From: a virus
Taxonomy: Duplodnaviria; Caudoviricetes
DNA: 64,000 nt
IMG/VR virus record: IMGVR_UViG_3300028888_000001
Strand: one strand, 5' to 3'
The translations under genes were made by a program, and so were the position numbers. Below, piece by piece: positions 9,583 through 17,984 of this stretch. The notes under the pieces were generated by a model, which did no database searches, was not told where the DNA came from, and was given only the letters and a program-made list of their open reading frames with translations. How positions within the stretch are numbered: the stretch's first letter is position 1; each line of letters begins with the position of its first letter.

Positions 9583-10080
9583 ATGAAAACAACAAAAATC
9601 CGCACTATGAAAAGTGCAAAGTTAATGAAACCAGTCCATATTACAGTAGACGTAGACATGGACGCGATCAAATATGATGCAGAAGTTATTGGCATCACAA
9701 TTTCCGTAATGGCAGGAAGAGCCTGGAGATTAGCAAAAAAGATTACAAAGAAAGCGGCAAAGCTTATAAAAGAGGCCGCTACGTTCGTAGCAACGAAAAC
9801 AGCAGAAAACGTGCGATATGATATGGAGTTTTATCCACAGATGGCAGCACAGCTGGCCGACAAATGGAAAACTGAAACATGGCCGGCATTGAAATTTGAT
9901 TGGAACCTTATGATGCTCAATTTTGAGCTCATGTTTGATATGAAGATTCCCAGCATTAACATCAGGGATTCGAAACTCGTTAACAGGTTTATGCAACTTG
10001 TTAACAGCATTCGGCACAATAGCAACAACTGCAATGTCAATAAGCCACTATTATTAACAATGAATATTGAGGAGATGTAA
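9583..10080 (+). CDS. Hypothetical basic protein (early)
   Basis: ORF 9535..10080. The AAAGGA RBS favours MKTTKIR at 9583. Confidence 0.6.
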   Translation: MKTTKIRTMKSAKLMKPVHITVDVDMDAIKYDAEVIGITISVMAGRAWRLAKKITKKAAKLIKEAATFVATKTAENVRYDMEFYPQMAAQLADKWKTETWPALKFDWNLMMLNFELMFDMKIPSINIRDSKLVNRFMQLVNSIRHNSNNCNVNKPLLLTMNIEEM

Positions 10081-10084
10081 TGTA

Positions 10085-10399
10085 ATGAAAATGAAAGTGG
10101 GAGTAGAAGTCGATAGCAAAATTATGCAGCAGCTACAGACAGATGATACATTCAAAAAAAATAGTCAAAAGGTCTTTGATAAATTATTGGATTGTGCAGA
10201 AGCCGCAGAAACGGATGAAAAACAAAAACAACGACTTGTTGAATTTGTCAGAAGGCAATTCTTCGACGAGCTTGATTTCATGTCCAGACTTAACGGGCTC
10301 CACTTCTTGATGAACCACGAACAGTTTATACGCTGTTTAAAAATTGGGTTCGAAATAGACGCTAAGTCTATTATCAATCAGATTAACCAGAATAAATAA
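10085..10399 (+). CDS. Hypothetical protein (early)
   Basis: ORF 10067..10399. The GAGGAG RBS favours the ATG at 10085. Confidence 0.65.
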   Translation: MKMKVGVEVDSKIMQQLQTDDTFKKNSQKVFDKLLDCAEAAETDEKQKQRLVEFVRRQFFDELDFMSRLNGLHFLMNHEQFIRCLKIGFEIDAKSIINQINQNK

Positions 10400-10443
10400 T
10401 GTGCACATTATCCACCTTCAAGCCTGATCAATTTGAGGGTGGG

Positions 10444-10475
10444 AGAGACCAAGCTAAGCGCGCAGCTTGGTCTCT
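10444..10475 (+). terminator. Intrinsic terminator
   Basis: AGAGACCAAGCT...AGCTTGGTCTCT followed by a T-tract. Confidence 0.8.
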
Positions 10476-10498
10476 TTTATTTTTTTATATAATTGCTC

Positions 10499-10512
10499 GA
10501 CATTTGAGTAAT
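10499..10512 (+). promoter_or_regulatory. Late-type promoter GACATTTGAGTAAT
   Basis: RACA-N6-TAA. The identical 14-mer also occurs at 14691-14704. Confidence 0.75.
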
Positions 10513-10537
10513 TTGCATATATGGAGGTTATAATATT

Positions 10538-11923
10538 ATGGCCAGAAAATATCATTGCATGTATTGCAATCAGTTGTTTGAACGACCTAAATTAATACAA
10601 CACATTGAAAAGAAACATAGAGAAATGATACCTCAGGGGTATACAGCAGCAAGACTGGTATTTGATAAAATAAACAACACCACTGGAGGTAAATGTAGAG
10701 TATGCGGTAGTCCAACAAATTGGGATGAGAATCTTAATAAGTATAGTGTACTATGCGATAACCCAAAGTGTAAAGAAGAATTAAGAAATAGATATAAACA
10801 AAATATGCTTCGTGTTAGAGGTACTTATAATATTCTTAACGATCCAGAGCAACAGAAGCTTATGCTCTCCCATAGAAAAATTTCTGGTACATATCATCAT
10901 TCAGATGGTGGTGAGATTGGCTATACTGGAGAGTATGAGCGTAAAGCTCTTGAATTTATGGATGTATTTATGAGAATACCATCCAAAGACATTATATCAC
11001 CAGGTCCAACTATGGAATACACCTATAAGGGCAAAAAGCATATTTATATTCCAGATTTTATATATTTACCATATAACCTCATAATAGAGATTAAAGATGG
11101 TGGAGAAAATCTTAATAATAAACAATCTCAATCTATGATTGAATCTAGAGAAAAAACTATAGAAAAAGAACGCTTGATTACCGATAAAGGTCAATACAAT
11201 TATATCAGACTTACAGATAATCAATTCGTTCAGCTAGTAGAAGTCTTCATGGAGATTAAAGAGAAGCTTCTAAATGAAGATGACTCTAAAACAGTTAAAG
11301 TTAATGAAGCAGCGATACATGTACCAGATCAAGTCAATGATTATTTTATTTCTAAAGGCACTTATTCAGAATTTCAGTTTATCCTAGAGATGAATAATGA
11401 TTTTTGTACGACTAAAAAATACGCTGATATATCACCTAATGACGTTATAAAATACAAAACTCTCACTCCAAAACAGTTTGAAAAATATGGCTATGGGGTT
11501 TGTTATGATTATGTATGCTCTGAAGATTTTTGGTTTAGAACTAAAATTTCAGATGTAAGACATGAAACCTGGTATACTATAATGCAGGATGATACAAACT
11601 ACACAGAGACGCATACATATTTAATATTTGAGTATAAATCAAAGTGGTATTGGTTTGAAGCAGCATGGGAAGAATATGCTGGCGTTAGAGGATTCAATTC
11701 TAAAGCAGACTGCGTTAAATATGTAGAGTATCTATTCGCAAAGAGATTTAAAAACCCATCTGTGTTTGCTACAAAGTATGATGCATCTGATAAGCATCTA
11801 ATGGAAATTACTTTAAATCAATTCAATGATTACATGACAGCTCGGATGAGCCATAAAAACAAAGTTAAATGGGAAGATGGCAAGAATATTAAATATATAT
11901 TTAAACAAACTCCTAACAATTAA
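10538..11923 (+). CDS. Zinc-finger / PD-(D/E)xK (TnsA or T4 gp4-like) nuclease fused to a transglutaminase-like C-terminal domain
   Basis: C2H2 motif (CMYC...HIEKKH), CRVC...CDNPKC, and YIPDF...IIEIKD. The C-terminal region has GVCYDY, THTY and WFE. Confidence 0.6.
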   Translation: MARKYHCMYCNQLFERPKLIQHIEKKHREMIPQGYTAARLVFDKINNTTGGKCRVCGSPTNWDENLNKYSVLCDNPKCKEELRNRYKQNMLRVRGTYNILNDPEQQKLMLSHRKISGTYHHSDGGEIGYTGEYERKALEFMDVFMRIPSKDIISPGPTMEYTYKGKKHIYIPDFIYLPYNLIIEIKDGGENLNNKQSQSMIESREKTIEKERLITDKGQYNYIRLTDNQFVQLVEVFMEIKEKLLNEDDSKTVKVNEAAIHVPDQVNDYFISKGTYSEFQFILEMNNDFCTTKKYADISPNDVIKYKTLTPKQFEKYGYGVCYDYVCSEDFWFRTKISDVRHETWYTIMQDDTNYTETHTYLIFEYKSKWYWFEAAWEEYAGVRGFNSKADCVKYVEYLFAKRFKNPSVFATKYDASDKHLMEITLNQFNDYMTARMSHKNKVKWEDGKNIKYIFKQTPNN

Positions 11924-12051
11924 GTAAACCCAGATTGAATAATCGATCTGTTCACATATGTTCTTCATGGCTGAGTGTTTAGACCATTCTTGTAGGGCGA
12001 AGTTTGTTTCTAAACATAAAGCACCTCCTTCAACTGATAAAGATAGAAGCA

Positions 12052-12083
12052 AGAGACTCTAGGGAGTTTTCCCTAGAGTCTCT
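12052..12083. terminator. Terminator hairpin (AGGGA/TCCCT family)
   Basis: AGAGACTCTAGGGA-gttt-TCCCTAGAGTCTCT. Confidence 0.75.
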
Positions 12084-12134
12084 CTTCTTGTTGTAACACT
12101 TAATTAAATAAAAAAGCGAAAGGGGGCTATAATT

Positions 12135-12554
12135 ATGTATATTCCTAGATGGAAAAGGCTTATATACTTTAGAAGATTTGCGTTATTTTTGTTGATAGCC
12201 GCCATCATCGCAGTAACGGGCATACATTTTTTAAAAGAAAAAGAAGATAACCATACTATAGAGCGAATGAATATCAAAGCGATTGAATATAAAACTGGCG
12301 GTCCACTTATATTATACGATGAAAATGATAATATTATAGGTTTTTATTTAAATGAGATATCTATACTCTATAATGAATATTTTGAGGAAATACCACTTGG
12401 GATTTTTTCTTGTAAATATAATCAAAATAATAAAAGTTTAGAAATTTATAATTTTGACTATGAATATTTTGGTGAAATAATGATTGATGATAATAATATA
12501 GAATTACAAAATATGTTTCAGGATTCTATAATGGTAGTTTACGATAATTTATAA
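12135..12554 (+). CDS. Membrane-anchored hypothetical protein
   Basis: Basic N-terminus followed by the hydrophobic segment FALFLLIAAIIAVTGIHF. Late motif at 12095-12108. Confidence 0.65.
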   Translation: MYIPRWKRLIYFRRFALFLLIAAIIAVTGIHFLKEKEDNHTIERMNIKAIEYKTGGPLILYDENDNIIGFYLNEISILYNEYFEEIPLGIFSCKYNQNNKSLEIYNFDYEYFGEIMIDDNNIELQNMFQDSIMVVYDNL

Positions 12555-12580
12555 TCCTATAGGGAGTAATCCCTATAGGA
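12555..12580. terminator. Terminator hairpin (AGGGA/TCCCT family)
   Basis: TCCTATAGGGA-gtaa-TCCCTATAGGA. Confidence 0.7.
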
Positions 12581-12594
12581 GTAAATTGTGATTT

Positions 12595-12608
12595 AATTAT
12601 ATATTATA
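12595..12608 (+). promoter_or_regulatory. Putative early promoter AATTATATATTATA
   Basis: Exact 14-mer followed by the hairpin GATTG...CAATC. Confidence 0.7.
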
Positions 12609-12679
12609 TATGTGATTGTAACAAAACAATCTGAAACGATAAATCTTGCTTAAATATATTTATAGGAGGTAAAAAACAA

Positions 12680-13837
12680 ATGAAGAAAAAACGCCCAGCA
12701 ACATGTACTTTAGACGAATATCAAGTCGAGGAGATTAAAAATCTCTTATCACTTGGTAAGAAAGAACGAGACATTGCAACTATCTATAAATGCAAGGTAG
12801 GAGACATCTATAAGATCAAGCAAGAAATGAATGACCAGCAAGCTGAACAGCAGAAAAATACTGTAGAAGTTGGAATCGTTAATATCGATGATCTTATTCC
12901 GCTTCCAGTAAAAGAAGAAACAACAAGCGATGACACTTCAAAAGAAGAAGAAACTAAAATTAAGAGAAAGCGCATAACCGCAGCAGAGAAAGAGTCAATT
13001 TGTAAAGATCTGCGTAAAGGTATAACTGCCGCTGTTATAGCGGAAAAGTATAATATCTCTACGTCATCTGTATTCAGAATAAAATCTGAGTATAAAATGG
13101 CGTATGCTAAAACTCTTAAAGAATCATCAGTTAAGCAACAGCAGTTGTTTGATCCCAATAAGCTGGTTAGGATACAAAACGGATCGTATGTGAAACTTGG
13201 GTTAGTTGCCGATAGACACGATATTAGACCAGTAGACACATACATTTTCGAAACGTTTGATCCTGATCTCATGTTTAATTATGAGAAACAAGACCAGATG
13301 GCGAAAGAAGTGCTACTGAAAAAGATTCCATTTAGCTATGGGAAGCCATTAAAAGGCTTAATGCTTTACGTAACAGGCTTACAGTCAGCTCTTGTTTCCG
13401 TTATCAAAGCTTGCCAGGAGTTAAAAATTCCACTTATAGTGATGCACCATAATTCTGATGATGATAGCTATATGCCTCAGTATTATACAGACGACAATAA
13501 GGAAGATATCGTTTCAAAAATACCGGCAGTGCTTGAAAATTATATAAAGCGTGTGAGAACAGTACAGCTGTATAATTGCAGAGCAGAAGACCTGGTGGAA
13601 GCGAAAGAATTATTTGAAATTCGGGAGTGTACATATGATGCTCTTCCCGGAAGCATAACCAGGCAGGTAATTGCAACTGACACTATTATCTTTATCAACA
13701 AATTTGCAGCTTGGGAGTATTTTAGATTGAAAGCTGAAGAGGCTGAACCAAAAAAATCAGTATTTATTAACACAGCTTGCATTGACGATAAAGGTAGATT
13801 CAGTTCTGGCAAAAGCATTGCTAGAATAACAAATTGA
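12680..13837 (+). CDS. Protein with two helix-turn-helix motifs (early DNA-binding protein)
   Basis: HTH-like segments KERDIATIYKCKVGDIYKIK and AAVIAEKYNISTSSVFRIK. AGGAGG RBS. Confidence 0.65.
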   Translation: MKKKRPATCTLDEYQVEEIKNLLSLGKKERDIATIYKCKVGDIYKIKQEMNDQQAEQQKNTVEVGIVNIDDLIPLPVKEETTSDDTSKEEETKIKRKRITAAEKESICKDLRKGITAAVIAEKYNISTSSVFRIKSEYKMAYAKTLKESSVKQQQLFDPNKLVRIQNGSYVKLGLVADRHDIRPVDTYIFETFDPDLMFNYEKQDQMAKEVLLKKIPFSYGKPLKGLMLYVTGLQSALVSVIKACQELKIPLIVMHHNSDDDSYMPQYYTDDNKEDIVSKIPAVLENYIKRVRTVQLYNCRAEDLVEAKELFEIRECTYDALPGSITRQVIATDTIIFINKFAAWEYFRLKAEEAEPKKSVFINTACIDDKGRFSSGKSIARITN

Positions 13838-13844
13838 AAAGACA

Positions 13845-13872
13845 ACTCCAGAGGTCACAAGACCTCTGGAGT
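13845..13872. terminator. Bidirectional terminator
   Basis: ACTCCAGAGGTC-acaa-GACCTCTGGAGT between convergent genes. Confidence 0.8.
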
Positions 13873-13888
13873 AATTTGTTATTATTTT

Positions 13889-14596
13889 TTATTTTACAAA
13901 ATCATAGAATTGTTCTATGACCATTTCTTTAGTAATTTGTTTCTTGTTCATGCTCTTAAACAGCTCTATATATTTAGACTTAGAAAAGTCTGCTTTAGAT
14001 ACAAGAGACTGAAGTGCTGAATGAGTTGTGCTTAAAGGTTTACCATTCTTTTCTGCGATCTTGACGATTAGATCGTCTGCTCTGTATTTCTTATTTGTCC
14101 ATGGCTTAATAGATGCCAGAGAAACAATAGCTTTATAACCATATGTATTTGGGTTTATACCCCAATTATCTAACTCTTCAGAGATAATATCTTCCGCAGT
14201 CAGGTTATCAATTTCTTCTTCATCCATATCATATAGATCTTCTACTGTTGGTGGTTCTACTTTATTGGATTCTCTAATACTCTGTTTCGTTTTAGCATCC
14301 TGCTCAGCAGATTGATCTGTGAAAGCTCCAACAGCAGACGGCGATGCTCCAGAACCAACCATAGCGACGAATTTGTTAATCACGTTGACACAATCAAGAG
14401 ACCTAGAGACATAATTCGCTCTTGCTTGCTCATCTAATTTGTTATCCATAATAATCTTCAAGAAATCGTTAGTATGGATAACAATATTGCAGAATTGCTT
14501 AAGCAATTCATCCGGTGCATTATTCTTCAGGTAATTGATTAAAATATTTCTGAGATTAGCATCTTCATTGGTATTCTGTGTAGTGTTGTCCGGCAT
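13889..14596 (-). CDS. Protein with a Spo0A C-terminal (effector/DNA-binding)-like domain
   Basis: ELDNWGINPNTYGYKAI...LIVKIAEKNGKPLSTTHSALQSLVSKA...KQITKEMVI parallels Spo0A_C (IHEIGVPAHIKGY...[27 protein letters not shown]...KPTNSEFI). Late motif at 14633-14646. Confidence 0.6.
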   Translation of the reverse strand: MPDNTTQNTNEDANLRNILINYLKNNAPDELLKQFCNIVIHTNDFLKIIMDNKLDEQARANYVSRSLDCVNVINKFVAMVGSGASPSAVGAFTDQSAEQDAKTKQSIRESNKVEPPTVEDLYDMDEEEIDNLTAEDIISEELDNWGINPNTYGYKAIVSLASIKPWTNKKYRADDLIVKIAEKNGKPLSTTHSALQSLVSKADFSKSKYIELFKSMNKKQITKEMVIEQFYDFVK

Positions 14597-14736
14597 TGTG
14601 ATTCCCTCCTGAAATATAGTAATTAACAGATTTTTATTTTTTTGTTATTGAGCATATTAATTTATACAGAAAGATAATTATTTAGCCCAAGACATTTGAG
14701 TAATCTATTAATTTCTCAGGAGGTTTAAATTGTATT

Positions 14737-16266
14737 ATGGGAGATAATAATTCTGAAGAATATATCGATCTTAGTTATCTGCTAGACGATGATGATGAAA
14801 TAGATGATAATTTCTTTTCAACTTCAAATCCGTCTGGAGAGACATATTATAATGATAATAGGCAAACATACGATATCTTCGTTGATGAAAAATTAAAAGA
14901 ATATAATACATATCTCTATCAAGATGACGAACCCTCTTCAGTAGAACCATTATCAGAAGTCGGATCTGTTTCTTATGGTGGTAACACTGGAGATTCTGGT
15001 ATTAATTTCAAGCAAGAGAAAAAGAGAGAATCTAAAGAAATTACTAATAAAGATGATCTAAAAGAAATACTCTCTATCACTCATGATAAAGCAGCACAGA
15101 AAATTACTATAATGGATTACTTCGGAGACTTTGGCGATGGTCCAAGATTTCAACCATACTGGATATTAAAAGTGCCAGCAAATACATATGGCGGTTATTC
15201 TAAAATCAATAAAGAAAATACGACATCGAAACGAACTAACAAAACGCCATTTACTACCACCATAGGCTTATGGATTTTCAACAAGATGTTTATAGAGCCT
15301 ATGTCAGATGTCTTAGGATATGTGAATACTCCAATAACTGCAGGTACGTATAAAGATATAAATCAAAAAGTGACATATGCTTTAATTGAAGATAAAATTA
15401 CAATAAGGCAATTAAAAGATTTTATATCTCAATCTCAGATATTGATGTCATGCTGTTCTGCATTGTCTTCATCGCATACTAATGCTATATTTACGATAGA
15501 AGAGAAAATATCTAAAAAGAAAGAAGAGCTAAAGAAAAAATACGGCGATAAGTTATCAAGTGATAACCCAGATCTAGATACAGCGTCTAAGTATGAAAAA
15601 GAATTGATAGATTATGCTAAAGATTTATTGAAAAACGATCCAGCGTCTGATATGTTTGAGTCTGGTGCTCGTTCATCTTGGGGTAATAATTTTAAAAATA
15701 TGTATTTAACCAGAGGCCCATTAAGACGTACAGATGGGTCTTATTCTTTTTCTTCTGAATCTTATATCGAAGGACTTGATCCTAAAGATTATGTTGCTGT
15801 ATCGGATGCTGCTGTACAGGGACCATTTGCTAGATCTCGTTTGACTGCAACTGGTGGCTATTCAGAAAAGCAGTTTACTAATGCTACACAACATATTAAA
15901 GTTCTTCCCAAAGGCTCGGATTGCAAAACTAAACGATACATTGAAGTTAATCTCACTAAATTAAATATAAAAGATTGGTATTATTCATTTATGATTGGTT
16001 CATCTGGAAATTTGATAGAATTAACTCCAGAGGTAGCGTCTAAATATATCGGTAAAAAAGTAAAAATGCGTTTTTCAGCGTTATGTCATTCTAAAAACGG
16101 CATTTGTGAAGCATGTGCTGGATCATTATTTAACCGTATAGGTATAAATAATATAGGAATGGCCAGCATGATTATGATGTCTAGTGTAAAAAATAAGAGC
16201 ATGGCGCAGTTCCACGATTCCACGCTTAATCTAGCTCATATAGATCCAGAAAAAATATTTTACTAA
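14737..16266 (+). CDS. rpoC: Phage multisubunit RNA polymerase beta' subunit, C-terminal part
   Basis: Motifs TTTIGLWIFN, SGARSS, SYIEGL, bridge helix ARSRLTATGGY, DC, the Zn site C...GICEACAG and trigger-helix MAQFH. Acidic N-terminal extension. Late motif at 14691-14704. Confidence 0.9.
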   Translation: MGDNNSEEYIDLSYLLDDDDEIDDNFFSTSNPSGETYYNDNRQTYDIFVDEKLKEYNTYLYQDDEPSSVEPLSEVGSVSYGGNTGDSGINFKQEKKRESKEITNKDDLKEILSITHDKAAQKITIMDYFGDFGDGPRFQPYWILKVPANTYGGYSKINKENTTSKRTNKTPFTTTIGLWIFNKMFIEPMSDVLGYVNTPITAGTYKDINQKVTYALIEDKITIRQLKDFISQSQILMSCCSALSSSHTNAIFTIEEKISKKKEELKKKYGDKLSSDNPDLDTASKYEKELIDYAKDLLKNDPASDMFESGARSSWGNNFKNMYLTRGPLRRTDGSYSFSSESYIEGLDPKDYVAVSDAAVQGPFARSRLTATGGYSEKQFTNATQHIKVLPKGSDCKTKRYIEVNLTKLNIKDWYYSFMIGSSGNLIELTPEVASKYIGKKVKMRFSALCHSKNGICEACAGSLFNRIGINNIGMASMIMMSSVKNKSMAQFHDSTLNLAHIDPEKIFY

Positions 16267-16288
16267 ATATTATATTTAAGGAGAAAAA

Positions 16289-17455
16289 ATGAATAATATA
16301 AAATATAATTTCAAAAACGGAGATATTATCGATTCTAATAATTTTGGTAAATTTGAATTTTTAGAAGAGTTTACTAAGATAATAAATGGTAAAAAAGTTA
16401 GATTTGGAAGAGTGAAATTTTTAAATACTGGAACTATAGTTGAATCTAGAATAGTAGAAATAGCATGTGGTAGAGTTAAAGATCCATATGCTCTAACAAT
16501 ATCTGGTGTTGGTTATTTGGGTAATTCATCAAATAAAAAATACACTAAAAGAGAATATGACATGTGGCGTAATATGATATTACGCTGCTATGATAAAAAC
16601 AGCTGTATGTATAAATTTTATGGCGCTTTAGGTATAACTGTCTGCGAACGCTGGCATTGTTTTGAGTATTTCTTGGATGATTTACCAACACTATATGGAT
16701 ATGATAAATACCTTGAAGATAATACCTATCAATTAGATAAAGACTTTTTACAAAAAGATTTACCGGCTAATATGAAAATATATTCTCCTAGCACGTGTAT
16801 ATTTTTAAATCATGATACAAATGCACGAATAGGCTCATACTCAAAATACTGCAATGACAAAACAAGTGATTATCGTGGGGTATATAAACTTTCAAATGGA
16901 AATTTTCAATGTAGAGTCCAAATAAACGGTACTGATTATTTTCTTGGCACATATATGGATGAAATAGCAGCAGCTAATATGTATAATTATGCCATAGTTG
17001 GTATAGAAGATGAATCAACTGTCATAAACGATGTACCGTTTATGACATTACAAGAATGCTTAGAATATAAAACAAGAAATCAACCTATAAAAATGCCGCC
17101 TAATGCAAATTATGATGAAATAGAAAAGTATAATAGTAACGCTAATTTTAAAGGAGTTTTTAAACATAGGAATTGTTTTATAGCTAATTTTAGTACTAAT
17201 GGAAATCAAACACGTATAGGTGCTTTTGATGATAAAATTGCAGCTGCTAATGCATATAATTATTACGTATCCAGATACAGTAATATGGAAACTCATAAGT
17301 TAAATGATGTACCATATATGTCTGTAGATGAGTGGATTCATCATAAACACTATGCTAAAAATAATAAGCCGGTATTAATGACAGAAAGCACTTTAGAACC
17401 AGAAAATGAACGTAAAAATAGATGTTTATCTATTTATGGTATAGAATTCTATTAA
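16289..17455 (+). CDS. Free-standing HNH-type homing endonuclease with two AP2-like domains
   Basis: WRNMILRCY...YGALGITVCERWHCF...LDKD...YSPSTCIF, plus two AP2-like repeats (YRGV...LGTYMDEIAAANMYN and FKGV...IGAFDDKIAAANAYN). Confidence 0.85.
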   Translation: MNNIKYNFKNGDIIDSNNFGKFEFLEEFTKIINGKKVRFGRVKFLNTGTIVESRIVEIACGRVKDPYALTISGVGYLGNSSNKKYTKREYDMWRNMILRCYDKNSCMYKFYGALGITVCERWHCFEYFLDDLPTLYGYDKYLEDNTYQLDKDFLQKDLPANMKIYSPSTCIFLNHDTNARIGSYSKYCNDKTSDYRGVYKLSNGNFQCRVQINGTDYFLGTYMDEIAAANMYNYAIVGIEDESTVINDVPFMTLQECLEYKTRNQPIKMPPNANYDEIEKYNSNANFKGVFKHRNCFIANFSTNGNQTRIGAFDDKIAAANAYNYYVSRYSNMETHKLNDVPYMSVDEWIHHKHYAKNNKPVLMTESTLEPENERKNRCLSIYGIEFY

Positions 17456-17461
17456 TAAATA

Positions 17462-17489
17462 AACCCATAGGGATTGCTCCCTATGGGTT
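17462..17489. terminator. Bidirectional terminator (AGGGA/TCCCT family)
   Basis: AACCCATAGGGA-ttgc-TCCCTATGGGTT. Confidence 0.8.
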
Positions 17490-17503
17490 GCTTGTTTGTC
17501 TTT

Positions 17504-17881
17504 TTATCTAAGAGCTATTCTTAAATGCTCATCATCAAAGTTTTTAAATATATATCTAAACCAATGCCCATGCTTATTTTGAAATTTTTCAATTTTCTTT
17601 TGATCTTCTGGTAATGCTATTAATACAGATTTTACATTATGCATATTAAATCTCACATCTTTTACAAGCTGATCAATTAATTCCATACCACTCGCATAAC
17701 CATATCCGTTTAGATTATAATCAACAAATAATATATCTGTATGATTGGTTAATTTAGAACGTACGTCTAATATATCATCAGATATCTCAAAATAGTTTAC
17801 TTGATTTGGATAAATTGTATTTATGCTACGGGTTATTTTATCACATAATTGCCCATGGCTAGAAACAATTAATATATCCAT
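17504..17881 (-). CDS. Stand-alone response-regulator receiver (CheY/Spo0F-like) domain protein
   Basis: 125 aa: MDILIV, DILFVDYNL...SGMELI and YIFKNF. The acidic pair after beta1 is replaced by SS. Confidence 0.7.
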   Translation of the reverse strand: MDILIVSSHGQLCDKITRSINTIYPNQVNYFEISDDILDVRSKLTNHTDILFVDYNLNGYGYASGMELIDQLVKDVRFNMHNVKSVLIALPEDQKKIEKFQNKHGHWFRYIFKNFDDEHLRIALR

Positions 17882-17984
17882 AAATATATCCCTCCGTTAT
17901 TAGTTTTTTATAACCATCATAACGTTGGCTATATATTTATGTTACCAAGATACAAGAGGGCGGATTTCTCCGCCCACTTGAATA

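Noticed and set aside
16267-17489. Possible group I intron in the beta' C gene containing the HNH ORF
   Set aside because: Only 22 nt with an RBS separate the genes, and a terminator follows directly. There is no room for an intron core or a downstream exon.
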